This document shows, one piece after another, positions 11,685-24,347 of a stretch of 64,000 nucleotides of DNA (position 1 is its first letter; every line of letters begins with the position of its first letter). The notes under the pieces are model-generated. The model worked only from the letters and a program-made list of their open reading frames with translations. It ran no database searches and had not been told where the DNA came from. A program made the position numbers and the translations under genes. The stretch covers positions 50,208,794-50,272,793 of the forward strand of contig NC_068991.1 in the NCBI RefSeq assembly GCF_001194135.2, read 5' to 3'. The stretch is from Octopus bimaculoides. Taxonomy: Eukaryota.

Positions 11685-13670
11685 TATTTATGGTTTAAGA
11701 CAGATCTAGATTTAAAGGTTAAAATTTCACTCTTCTATTTTAACCAAACTATTGTATTTAGGGACCACGTCTTTCAATGAGGAAAATCAAAGAAGAATTA
11801 TTCATTATTGAAGATGAAGGCTTTGTCGATTATTTCTCTCTTTCTGTGCATTAAAATTTTTACCGATTCCGCACCACTTTGCCTATTTGGCATCTGAGTT
11901 CATTTATATCGTTTTCTTTGAAGACTTCGTTAGTATTGTCGGCCTTTATCTCGATCATACTCTTGCTTATTTGCATATTATTTGCATATTATTTGCATGC
12001 TTTCTAATTGCACATGTGATAACACTTCTTTATTTTTTCAACTGTTGTTTCAGAAGGAAGGATCTCCAGTTTCAAAGTCACTGGACACATAGTTGGCTAA
12101 TGCTAAATTAGCTCTTTTAGTTATCATTTTAGTCTTGTTTTTCTTTAACTCATTTTCAGTTAAAGTCACTTCTAACGTTGCCGATTGCCAACATCCACTG
12201 TAATTTAGTTTGTTTCATCAGTAAACCTACTTCAACCGTTGCCGAGAGCAAATAGTGAAAAGGTTAAACATAGGATAAGTCTCTTCATAATATTGTTGTT
12301 CCTAGAAATCTCTAGCTACAAAAGGAATATTGGAAATATCTGGAAAAGTAAACTAAAAGCAACCAGAAAATATAGACACAGCTCAGAGAAACAGTAGCGT
12401 TAAAACAAGCCAAAAGAAAAAAGAAAATCCGTGATATTATAAGAAGAGATAAACGAGTTTATAGACTTTCGACTAATTCGTTTTGGAGGAATTTACAAGA
12501 ATGGTGACTTCGCTGATCCGTAAGACATTATCAGATATGTTCATTGGCTTCGATACTTTTGTATAAGCAGAGTATATGTGTTGCGGGTGTTATGCGTGCG
12601 TATACATGCGTGCGTGTACATCCGTGCATGTGTATATACATACATACACACATTGATGCGTGTATGTCTGCATGTATGTGTTTTTGATTGTGTATATTGT
12701 TATTGATCTGCTTTGGAATATGGTTACTCAATCGAATGCTTCTATTCAAATTTGCACTCGGTGAAAAGTTACCAATGGTTTTGTTTGTTTTTATGTATCT
12801 TATCAGATTATCAGAGAACTTCTTTTTTTTGAGATATATTAATAAAATGAAAACCGTTTATGTTTTCTGCTCAAAATTTCGCCACTTCTCCAGGAGATAA
12901 TTTAAAATAGCTTGTTTTTAGGATCTTACCATCTTTTCTCAGTAAGTGTGAAATTATTATAAAAACAGCAAACAAATGGTTGGATTTGACCAAAACCCTA
13001 CCTATAGACTGATTATTATATATTGATTGGTGTTTCTTATCCTAGAAAAACTGAGTAATGAACGTTATCTGGGAGATCGATGAGGTAGTACAGAAAACAA
13101 AATTAAATGGCTTTCAATATTTTGTTCAATATCTGCGCCGTTGATAGCTCAAATCTTGCAATGGTCATCTTCCACTTCAATTTTCCTAAGAAAAATAAAA
13201 TATCTACAATACAAATGTATGTAAATATATCTGTAGTAGCTTTCGGTGCTGATTCTCAAGTTTTTGTATATGGACAGATTTCGTAAGTTTTCTTTTTGTA
13301 ATACAGCGGGAACGCGTGATATTGATGAACTTTTCACTTTCTGCAAGGAAGATTATGCTGACATTTGTTTAGTTCAACCTCTGTTTTCGATTTAGAGAAA
13401 GCCACATGAACCGGATGAATATGTCATTACCACAGTTACTGAGACAAGCTTTACAACTGTGTTATTGTTTCACTCTTGACGTATGGAGGCTTTTGAGTTT
13501 TACATATCGTGAATCCGCTCAACTTCACTTTTTCTCAATATTTCCTGTTTTGTGAGAGTGATTCTCAGATTAGGGCATTCGTTCAACATAGCTCTACTTC
13601 AGTTTGTCACTGAAATAAATCATTAACCCTCTATTGTTGTAGAGGTTGGCTGCTTAGCGGATCTTTCGTC

Positions 13671-13898
13671 TTTTACCTTTTACTTGTTTCAGTCACTAGA
13701 TTGCAGCCATGCTGGGGCACTACATTGAAAAATTTTTAGTCGAGTAAATCGATCCCTAGGACCTAATTTTTTTAAAGCCTGGTATTTATTCTGTCGGTGT
13801 GTTTTGCCGAACTGCCAAGTTACAGGAACGCAACCATACCAGCAACAGTTGTTAAGCGGCGGTAGGGGATAAGCACAAACACAAATACACACACACAC

Positions 13899-13949
<51 letters not shown>

Positions 13950-14108
13950 ACAGGCTCCTTTCAGTTTCCGTCTACGAAATCTGCTCGTAAGGATTTGGTT
14001 GGCTCGAGGGCATAGTAGAAGACACTTACCCAAGGTGTTACGCAGTGGGACTGAATTCGGAACCATGTGATTGGGAAGAAAACTTCTTACTATCCACCCA
14101 CGCCTGTA
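13671..14108 (-). mobile_element. tRNA-type SINE, family C, with internal (TA)n
   Basis: Reverse complement matches the copies at 31.1 and 55.6 kb (..CACTGCGT..CCTTGGG(C/T)AAGTGTCTTCTACTAT..GACGGAAACTGAAAG..CCAGCATGGC..GACTGAAACAAGTAAAAG). Confidence 0.9.
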
Positions 14109-14497
14109 CCACCGTGAAAATTTCATTAAAATCTAGTTGGAAAGATATCATCTAAGTCCAACTATTTTTGAAACTACAACTTTTCTACTCAGATTTTACA
14201 TTTAAATTTTCACCTGCAAAAAATTAATGCATTTGCTTATGCCAATAAGTGTTTTTGCATAAGTCTGAAAACTGGGCTTTTCTCACAGAGACACAGACCA
14301 TCTAATTCGTATTCTGCAAATCTAGTGTGTAAGTGGAACATTGAAAATATGTAAGAATTTTCTGAATAATAGTTTTACAATCTAGCTTTAAATGATGGAG
14401 CTTTGTTTCTTTGTTACAAAAAGGATATCTTCACTAGAGGAAGAATTACAGAATTATGAAGTATATATAAACATATATACATGCATACATAGATTTA

Positions 14498-16028
14498 CAG
14501 TGGCCCACAATAAGTTTTTAGCCAAGTGAATAAAACAGCAATCATGTTCAAAGTTTAATAACTCAAGAAATACCCAACAGAATTGTCTGAAAAATTGGTG
14601 GAGCCATCTTTTGCAAGTTTCACACCTTTTACCTCGTCTTTCATTGTTGCGACTAAACGACAATAGTTTGATCCCTGTTATTCTATGTTTCCAATGTAGA
14701 GGCGCAGTGGTTAGGGCAGCAGACTCGCGGTCGTAGGATCGCGGTTTCGATCCCCAGACCGGGCGTTGTCAATGTTTATTGAGCGAAAACACCTAAATCT
14801 CCACGAGGCCCCAGCTGGGGATGGTGGCGAACCCTGCTGTACTCTTCCACCACAACTTTCTCTCACTCTTTCTTCCTGTTTCTGTTGTGCCTGTAATTCC
14901 ACTGTGTCACGCTGAACATCCCCGAGAACTACGTTAAGGGTACACGTGTCTGTGAAGTGCTCAGCCACTTGCATGTTAATTTCACGAGCAGGCTGTTCCG
15001 TCGATCGGATCAACTGGAACCCTCGACGTCGTAAGCAACGGAGTGCCAACAATAATATGTTTCCAAGAGAGTACTTTTGAGGTCTACCACGGACGTAACT
15101 TTGACAGAATTAGCTCGAATTTGTCAAGATACTTCCAGACATGCTCGATGGGGGTTCAAGTTGGGGCTTTGAGGTATCCACTTGAGGGACTTGATGCCAT
15201 GTTTCCTTCCAGAAACTTTGCTCGTATGGCATGGTGCTTCATCTTGGAAAAAGAGAAGTGTTCTTACCCATTTTACCAGTGTCGTAAATCGGAAGCAGTC
15301 CTTTCTCTAGTGTATCACAGATCCAACCGGACAGGCCCCCAAACCATGATTCAATTCCTGCCATATTTCACGGTAGCTTGCAAACATTCAGTTTTATCCC
15401 TCCATACATAGACTTACCTTGAGTTCGAATATTGGCAAAAATTACTTTTATCCAACCACGCTACGGCCTGCCAAAATTCATCTTCCTTGTCTTCGTGCTC
15501 CCTAACCCAATCATAATTTTTCCCTTTGTTGGTGTCTAAAATCAATGGTTTCTTTCTTACAATTTTTTTTTCCATATCTTAGTCCTTTTAAGATTTTTCT
15601 TACAGAGTATGATAACATTTCCATGTTTACAACCTCACTGGCGCTAAGCTGGCGGTTTCTGATGATTCCCCTCTTCAGTGCTCTATTTTCTCTATCCGAA
15701 ATGATATTCGGCCTTCCAGAGCGAGGTTTCACATGTCAATGTCCTTTTTCTTTAAACCTTTTGACAATATTATTAACAGTCTGATGATTTACCTTAAAAA
15801 AATTTACTATTTCTTTCGACTTCCCGCACTGATAGCATCCTTTGATTTACTCTCGTTTGAACACGCAAATTTCTGCAGTTCTTTTCACTTCCATTGGGAA
15901 ATATCATTAATAATTATCTCTCAAGCGCAAAAGACGAGAGAAAATTCAATGTAAAATACAAGAAACATGTTACAAATTGTGAAATCTCAAAAATTCAGGG
16001 TGGCTAAAAAACTTATCGTAGGTCACTG
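14498..16028 (-). mobile_element. Degenerate Tc1-family DNA transposon with both TIRs
   Basis: TIRs CAGTGGCCCACAATAAGTTTTTAGCCA / CAGTGACCTACGATAAGTTTTTTAGCCA with TA flanks. Transposase relics on minus: KPRSGRPNIISDRENRALKR (HTH), ATVKYG..IMVWG, FQDEAPCHTSK..WIPQSPNLNP, LVATM..AKDGST. Confidence 0.92.
14695..15055 (+). mobile_element. tRNA-type SINE, family B head with tail X, nested in the Tc1
   Basis: Head AGTGGTTAGGGCAGC..GGTTTCGATCCC; 11-bp TSD TATGTTTCCAA at 14684-14694 and 15056-15066. Confidence 0.92.
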
Positions 16029-16553
16029 TATACATATATTTTTGGAAACATGTATACATAGTATGTTGATAGGGTTATACTCCAAGTTGTGTCCTCATGA
16101 AGCACGTCTGTATAGTCTGGTATTCCAAAGTAAATTTGAATATGTTATATTTTACATGAGAGTTGAAAATAATGAAGAATACTATTAAATGTGAGAAAAT
16201 GTTTGTTGCAGTGTAATTAGATATTAAAACAGAGAACTGAAAAAAAGTTTCTGGCAATATTTATTTCACATTACTTATAGGAGTCACAAGTAGATAAACA
16301 TGTAAGACATCTCTTACTGGTAATTCTTCAGACCGATAATTATTAATAGGGGATGTTTTTTTCTACTTGTATACTTATATAACTCCTGTTAGTAATGAAA
16401 CATACATAATGCGAGATAAATAATAGCAAATAATTTTTTCCAGTTTTCCGTTTCACTACATGCATACACGAATACATAAGTATATTCATAGATACATTCA
16501 GAAATACATGTATACATACATATATAAGTATATTCAGATACACGAAGACATGC

Positions 16554-16595
<42 letters not shown>

Positions 16596-16599
16596 GTAT

Positions 16600-16895
16600 A
16601 ACTGGCACTCCGTCAGTTACGACGACGAGGGTTCCAATTGATCCGTTCAACGGAACAGCCCTCTCACAAAATTAACGTGCAAGTGGCTGAGTACTCCACT
16701 GACAAGCGTACTGTTAACGGAGTTTTCAGGGAGATTCGGCGTAACACGCAATGTGACAAGGCTAGGCCTTTGAAATACATGCACTACTCATTTTTGCCAG
16801 TAGAGTGGACTGGAGCAACGTAAAATAAAGTGTCTTGCTCAACGACACAATGCTCCGCTGGGAATCGAACTCACGACCTTATGATCATGAGCTAT
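16600..16895 (-). mobile_element. tRNA-type SINE, family D head with tail X, 5' truncated
   Basis: Reverse complement: GAGTTCGATTCCC..GTGTCGTTGAGCAAGACACTTTA..; the last ~130 bp match the tail of the 14.7 kb SINE (CTCAGCCACTTGCA..GGAACCCTCG..ACGGAGTGCCA). Confidence 0.88.
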
Positions 16896-17043
16896 ATCGA
16901 TACATATATATGAATGTAGTAATATATTGAATACACTTGCCACTACTAAAATTTTTATTTGTAAAATTTTTGAATTTCATTTTATTTTTTAAGCTAAAAC
17001 CTGGAAGAAATTCGAAAACAAAAACTCTAGAAATCTCAAGAAT

Positions 17044-17230
17044 ATTGATTTCAAATTTTGGCACTCAGCCAGAAATTTCTACAGTGCTCAACTGGTACTT
17101 ATTTTATCAACCCCGAAAGGATGAAGGGAAAAGATGACCTTGACGGAATTTGAACTCAGAATGTAAGGACGGTCAAAGACCATTAAGCATTTTGTCCGAC
17201 ACGGTAACAATTCTGCCAACTCGTCGCCTG
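17044..17230 (-). mobile_element. SINE family A
   Basis: Matches the consensus with a small deletion. Confidence 0.88.
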
Positions 17231-17865
17231 AAAAAGAAAAAAAAAAAACTCGTTAGAATTTTGTTGAAACGTTTCTGGCCAAGACGAAGTTCGAAATAGA
17301 AAATAGTTTGTGTTCAGAAACAGAAAATTTTAGGTAAATTGATAAACATCTCAAAAACGACACTAACTGCAAAAGTAGAAACAGTGGAGAAGATGAAAAA
17401 AAACGTTCTGATAACAATGGCAGCTAATGCAAACAAAGTTAAATAAAGATGGACTGTTAAGAAGGGATTATCGAAACTGTGCAACTGTATTTAATTGCTT
17501 TTGAGAAGAGATTATTTGAGTTGGATAACTAGATTTAGTTATTTAATTAGATTTAGCGTTTCTATGTTCCGGTGTGTGTAGTTTATTTAAATATTATATT
17601 AATTTGCATGGTCACAGCTGGTCGACTGCAACAAGTAAAAGAATTAAAGAGAATTTAGATTATTAAACCTATTAAAGAGACACAGGCAGCTAATGATTGC
17701 CATAATTATACAGCAATTCTGAGAATTGTAACTTGTAATAATTCCATTACTTACGTATGCATTGTTAAATACTGCTGTTTGTACTTCGTTAGTGTCATAC
17801 ATTTTCCAGTGACTTTAAACATCGCTGTCATTTGTATATTTATATACAAGTTTAGAGTCACCTAA

Positions 17866-18059
17866 TATTTATTTCAAATTCTGGCACAAGGCCAGCAATT
17901 TCGGGGGAGGTGGTAAGTGAATTGACTCCAGTATTCAACTGGTACTTATTTTAACGACCCCGAAAGGATGAAAGTTAAAGTCGACTCGGCATTTGACAGA
18001 CGAAATGCCACTGAGCATTCTACCCGGTGTGCTAACGATTCTGCCAGCTCGCCGCCTTA
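17866..18059 (-). mobile_element. SINE family A
   Basis: Ends CTGCCAGCTCGCCGCCTTA, the reverse complement of the consensus 5' end. Confidence 0.9.
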
Positions 18060-18618
18060 AAATTGCCTAATATTGAGTTCTGATTTGGTTCAATACTCAG
18101 ATTTATGATAGCCAGAAAAAAATGTGACGTTGTGGTATTCATGTGCATTAGTAGTGTAAAAGAAATAACTCCGATTGAAAAACAAAATTGAATCATGGGT
18201 TCGACTAAACATTTCTTGTGTTATCGTGCTCGTTTCATAAACTTAAAACTGTGTCTATTTTATCACTTCAATATAAAATTATAATTTCCGTATATTTACA
18301 TATATGTCTACAGAATTATTTCTTTGCATCAGTTAATTCACAAACAGATCAGCCGTTCTGTGTTTTATAATTAAACCGGATTCCCTTCACTAATTCTTAT
18401 AGACGCAGCAATTCTTCTATAATGAGTGATGTGACCAAGTGATTATAAATATCAATTAAGTAGAACGTCTCGATGTGTGTGTGCGAGTGAGAAAGGATAG
18501 TTGGGCAGAAAGAAAGAGAAACATATCTACTGTAAGCTACTGAGTAGTAGATGACTTCGTCTTCATTTATACTGTTGGTTGTAAATTAACCGAGCGAAAC
18601 CTTCTCTCCCTACTATAG

Positions 18619-18781
18619 TTGGGAAATTCTGAGGTTTCTAAAAATAAATTGACGAAACGCGTCAATTATAAAGCTAATCTTACGTCCAATGGTAATCTGT
18701 ACAATTCTATTTATAGATTGGTGAACTGGAACATTTCAGATCTAACTGATATTGACTTGAGAAACATCTCAGTACTGGCAG
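18619..18781 (+). CDS. Candidate internal coding exon (163 nt, phase 0 to 1) of an unidentified gene
   Basis: Acceptor CCTTCTCTCCCTACTATAG, donor CAG|GTAAAT. Only one frame is open: LGNSEVSKNKLTKRVNYKANLTSNGNLYNSIYRLVNWNISDLTDIDLRNISVLA(G). No TE similarity recognised and no family recognised. Confidence 0.45.
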
Positions 18782-18982
18782 GTAAATCCAAACTTTGGAG
18801 ATTTTAGTTCAAAATTTATTTATTTATTTATCCATCAATCTGTCTGCCTGCCTATCTACCAAACACACCACTCACATACAAGTATATATAAATACATACA
18901 AGCATACATACATGCATACATACATATTGATACACACACACATATATATATATATATGTACAATGTTTATATAATTTACATA

Positions 18983-19025
<43 letters not shown>

Positions 19026-19776
19026 NNNNNNNNNNNNNNNNNNNNNNNNNNNNNNNNNNNNNNNNNNNNNNNNNNNNNNNNNNNNNNNNNNNNNNNNNNN
19101 NNNNNNNNNNNNNNNNNNNNNNNNNNNNNNNNNNNNNNNNNNNNNNNNNNNNNNNNNNNNNNNNNNNNNNNNNNNNNNNNNNNNNNNNNNNNNNNNNNNN
19201 NNNNNNNNNNNNNNNNNNNNNNNNNNNNNNNNNNNNNNNNNNNNNNNNNNNNNNNNNNNNNNNNNNNNNNNNNNNNNNNNNNNNNNNNNNNNNNNNNNNN
19301 NNNNNNNNNNNNNNNNNNNNNNNNNNNNNNNNNNNNNNNNNNNNNNNNNNNNNNNNNNNNNNNNNNNNNNNNNNNNNNNNNNNNNNNNNNNNNNNNNNNN
19401 NNNNNNNNNNNNNNNNNNNNNNNNNNNNNNNNNNNNNNNNNNNNNNNNNNNNNNNNNNNNNNNNNNNNNNNNNNNNNNNNNNNNNNNNNNNNNNNNNNNN
19501 NNNNNNNNNNNNNNNNNNNNNNNNNNNNNNNNNNNNNNNNNNNGGAACATTTCAGATCTAACTGATATTGACTTGAGAAACATCTCAGTACTGGCAGGTA
19601 AATCCAAACTTTGGAGATTTTAGTTCAAAATTTATTTATTTATTTATCCATCAATCTGTCTGCCTGCCTATCTACCAAACACACCACTCACATACAAGTA
19701 TATATAAATACATACAAGCATACATACATGCATACATACATATTGATACACACACACATATATATATATATATGTA
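18728..19776. other. 233-bp sequence duplicated on both sides of the N-gap 19026-19543
   Basis: 18728-18960 and 19544-19776 read identically; probably a scaffolding overlap artefact. Confidence 0.85.
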
Positions 19777-20419
19777 TATATACACGATGGGCTTCCTCAC
19801 AGTTTCTTCCTGATAAATTCCAATCAAAAGAAGTAACTGTAGGCTGATAGAAGACGCTTGTTCAAAATAGTGTGAAATGGGATTTCAGTGACAACTAAGA
19901 AGCAACTTTGAAATGACGCAGCTCTGCTAGTAATATTGTTTCATCATTTTAATTTTTAAAGAACGAAAGCTAAATAAGTGTTGGAATGAATATTGTTTAC
20001 TTTCATTGAAAATGTCTGACTATAGAGATTGTATATATTATTTTAGAAAACAGTTCTACTTACAAAACACAAATATACAAACATTTCTTTTTCGATTTTA
20101 CAATTTTATACAAATCCATAAAATCGTTATGTTTTCTTTCAAAAGAGGTTATAAATAGTTTGGATGCAAGATACGAGGCGTCATACTGATTTTATTATTG
20201 GTGGGTATTTAGCTTTCTTATAATACAAGTAGTATCAACAGTCATGGCGGTGTGGTTAAATAGTTTATTTCATAGTTCTAAGTTCAATCCCACTGTTCTC
20301 TACCAACATCTCCTATTGATCATAAACTTTTCATTGAAATATTTCCTTGCCTTTTGGCTGGAATGTCGTAGACGGTTCATGTCATGTGATAAATAATATG
20401 TTAAATACATTAAATAAGG

Positions 20420-20649
20420 TATTTAATTCTGATATCGGTACAAGGCCAGCAATTTCAGGGGTGGGGTACTTCGGTTACATCGACCCTAGTGCTTCACCTA
20501 GTGCTCAAGTGGTACTTATTTTATCGTACCTGAAAGAAATGAAAGGCGAAGTAGACCTCGGCGGAATTTGAACTCAGAACGTAAAGACAGACGAAATACT
20601 GCTAAGCATTTCGGCCGGCGTACTAACTATTCTGCCTGTTCGCTACTTT
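20420..20649 (-). mobile_element. SINE family A
   Basis: Matches the consensus including CGGCGGAATTTGAACTCAGAACGTAAAGACAGACGAAATAC. Confidence 0.9.
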
Positions 20650-21616
20650 ATTTAATTCTGATATTATATACACTCTGCAGAATTTTAAATGCTATTCAGT
20701 GTTCTACAATGTTAGTAATGCGAACACCGTGTGATTGTACAAAAGAGTTTTTTTTTAATAGATTACACATCTAAGTAAAGACCTTTCCGTATTTTGAAGT
20801 GGATTCCACTAGGTTGACTTTATATTAAATATAATTAAAATAAAGTCAAGTAGCTCCTCTCAACCAAGAAGGTCTTGAGGATCTCATCATACTTAACCAT
20901 ATAAAAGCTTTAATTTATCTTTGATGGAACATTCCGTTAAGGATGAAAGATGCATGTTTGTGAACATATGAACATGCGAACATGTTTGTCGTATACAGGT
21001 AGGTGAATGTGACGTGAAGATATTGCCTGTGAGGTGTCAAGTGTTTCACCAAAATAATTATAGTCTAAATTCTATCATCACTGAATATTTGACAGTGTTA
21101 AATTCTGAACTATTAAATATCAACAACTTTGCATTGTACCAAAATGTCAAAACTGCAATGACGAAAGTAAAATTAATGCTGAGGCCCAGTTTCTCTCAGT
21201 TGCAGTAAAAATCGATAGGTTTTTTTTTTTTTTTTTCATAGTTTCTTGTCAGTAGAAGTTTTAGCTTCCCTCTTGATCTAGGCGGTTATATTAGCACAGG
21301 GAACTATTTTATTAAGTCGTCAAGTATGAAATTTGTAGAAAAGAAAAAAATTTGCTAATGCTTTATAAATACAAATAATAGTTTTATTCATCAAAGTATG
21401 CACGTATATTGTCAATACACTTTTGCCATTTCAGCCCCAATGTGTAAAACGGTAATATCTTCTGTCAGGATGTAAAGTGTTGCTTGTGAAAAGTATCTAG
21501 CATCTCAGCCATTACTGATACAACACTACATGCGACTGTGTGTGGGGGTGTGCGCGCGTATATATACATACATACATACATATATATAGATCNNNNNNNN
21601 NNNNNNNNNNNNNNNN

Positions 21617-21651
<35 letters not shown>

Positions 21652-22660
21652 ATGTATTAAGGGTTGAGCAGAAAGAATACAACAAGGAGAAAAAGTTAGA
21701 CGAAAGCAGAGCAAACGGGAAATTTAGACAAAGACACGATACACGGAATATTCGCAACTGAGTCTTCCTCGTCAGTCAATGACCCAAAATATCAGGGTGG
21801 TTTCGCGGCGCCAGTGCTCTTATTTGGCTACCGAGAAAAAGTTAGCGAATATATACTAAGACAGAAACAAACAAGACATTACATAAATACAACAGACAAA
21901 GAATTATGCATATATAACAGCACGAAGCCTTACGGCTATATACAACAGAAGAAAAAAAAAATAATAATTATACATATCACATAAATACAATAGAAAGAGC
22001 TTTGCAGCTATCGAACGAACTTAGTAGGGTTGCGCAACGATGAAATGGAATAAGTCCTAGTGTACGTAATAGGAACCCAGACCAGCATAATCAGTTTATA
22101 TATATAAATGTATAGTGAACACTAGCAAACATACTTACATGTGTATATATGTGTGCATGTCTAACAATGTAAGATCTTTATTTGTCCCCAACTTGAAACA
22201 GCGTTTGAAAACATTATAGATCGTCTTGACTTTAAGCAGCAAAGTTACCACAAGCCTAGAATAATTAACGTAGTATGAAATCTGCAGTTTTTTCTCGTAT
22301 TTTACCAACATGTTCGTGAGAAATGTTTTCCATTTCCTGCCGACCATCAACGAAATTTATTCTACTTTTCTGAAACTAAACACTGTGATTTGCTGTTGAA
22401 CATATTACTTTCCTTTGATCAGGTTGCAGCTTTGGTTCATTAGTTTATAATTCTTTGTTAAATTTCTTCAATGTTGTAAAGTGTCTCATGCAGAACATCA
22501 TAATGAAAGTTATTATGATGATTTTGTTTAACCTTCGGAAAGCCGAGCGCTAGACTGTTTAATCAAAGTGACATTATTGTTGTCAACTAACTTATCTAGA
22601 TTTTTCAACTGAGTCTATTGTTTGAAATGTAAGAGATTCGGTTTTGTTATTCTGTCTTAA

Positions 22661-22863
22661 CCCTTTAGCATTCAGATTACTCTATTATTTGTTCACATTG
22701 TTTCGAATTTATCCTTCATTATCTTGTAGCTTTGAAATTTAGATTACATGACTGTATATTTTTTTAGGCTAACATTGTAGGATAGGTGTGAGAGGCTGGA
22801 TCTGGCCAGTTTGAGCATAAAAGAATATTTTGGCCGGATGTGGCCTGTTTAAATGCTAAATGG
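22661..22863. mobile_element. piggyBac-type MITE (203 bp)
   Basis: TTAA on both flanks (22657-60, 22864-67); TIRs CCCTTTAGCATT / CCATTTAGCATT (1 mismatch). Confidence 0.85.
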
Positions 22864-23985
22864 TTAATGCAAGTGAGTTAGAAATGGCATAATGTTGCAG
22901 CAAACTAACCAAAGCATTTTTGAAATGGTAGGTAACTGTGATACTGTTTTCATCTTCAAGAAGCTCTCGCTTGAAGCAATGCTTTCTCTATATGACACAC
23001 TGTTGATCTTGGACTGGTGAACTTATAGTAAATCTTCGAAAAATGTTGGGCAATAAAACAGTATACGAAGATAAAAGCGCTCTTGCTGGTTTACTTGAAC
23101 AAAGTAGAACCCTCTCAAGGTTTCATATTTAAGCAAACCAAGATGACAATATCCACGATTGCGTTATTTAATCCAACTCTGTTTTTTAATTCCAGGTGTA
23201 TAAAGCTGTGACTTCAGACTAAAACAGTGGACATACAAAGAAATATTCTTGGTAAAGACTGAATAATACAAACTTGGTCGTAGTTTTCATAGAAAATATC
23301 TGTTACAAATTATTTTCTGCAATTAAGTAGACTCGTTGGACCGTTTTAGTTAGAAGCAGGTTGTCGTTTGTGGAATAGAAAGCTTCAAATGCACAAATGT
23401 ACTTCATTGATTCTAAAGTGCTGTCCTACTGGAAATGGATCACTTTTTATTTTGTGTGTTGGTTTTGAAGAACCTACATATTAATATACGATTCTTCTTG
23501 ACATACTTTCATACATTCTCAGTTGATTTGACTGACAGAGTTTAATAGTGATGAGTATGTCAACGACTTTTGACATCAATGAGTTGTAAGGTACGATTCC
23601 AATAAGTTTTAACAGGTTTTTGTTTTTGACACCCGTCTGCAAGTTGTATATGCTTTTGAGAAACACATAATAGTGGTGATAAACCTTTGACTAACAAACA
23701 TTATGCATTCTCCTCTGCGAGAACAGATTTTCAAATTTCGAGCTCAAAAAGATATTCTCCTTTATACAAAGACTCCACAGCAAATGAAGTTATCTGAATT
23801 CATTTAGAACTCAATTCAATCACTTTGGTTATATGTAGATCGAAATAAACCTTTCACATCAGATGGGGAGTAATAATATATATGGGTCTTATAGATGTTT
23901 GTCTGGTAGTTTTGTAGCGAACCTGGAACAAACGGATAGTCATGCGTTCACAAATATTTAGACATACATGCATACATACGTATAG

Positions 23986-24347
23986 ACACACACACAAACA
24001 CACACACCATATCCTACTTGACGTGGATGTATTCTTAGAACACCGTAATACTGCGGTATTTACCTTGAGAAATTCTATCATATACACTCTTAGTGTTAAG
24101 AAGCACACATATATCGGTAGCAGACGAGAAATCGGCCAGCACCAGTGGCAGAACTGTTAGATCTTCTGATTTCAGCGTGTTTTTGCTTCAACAACAGCAG
24201 GCTTTCCTCGTCTGCTGCCGATATGTCAGTGCATCTTCGCTCTAAACATCTATCTGAGAGAGTTCTTCAGGGCGAATGCTGCAGTATTGTGGCATTCTAA
24301 CGATACATCCATGTTAAGTAGGAGTGTGTATGGGTATGTGTATGTGT
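23986..24347. repeat. Long imperfect inverted repeat (foldback), arms ~140-170 nt, 4-nt apical loop
   Basis: 24012-24130 aligns to the reverse complement of 24201-24323 (e.g. ATATCGGTAGCAGACGAG vs ATATCGGCAGCAGACGAG). The inner stem 24148-24163/24168-24186 closes on TTCT; the outer (CA)n/(TG)n flanks can also pair. Confidence 0.88.

Noticed and set aside
13290-13480. Good acceptor at 13307 with protein-like GTRDIDELFTFCKEDYADI
   Set aside because: All three frames hit stops before the first reasonable donor (GTATGG near 13480).
14701-14770. tRNA gene calls at SINE heads (also 27.7, 16.9 and 55.6 kb)
   Set aside because: They have A/B-box-like motifs but continue into SINE bodies with TSDs, and no complete cloverleaf is evident.
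23196-23251. CCAG|GTGTAT ... TTG|GTAAAG 56-nt exon-like segment
   Set aside because: Stops in all three frames, and the reconstituted donor is weak.
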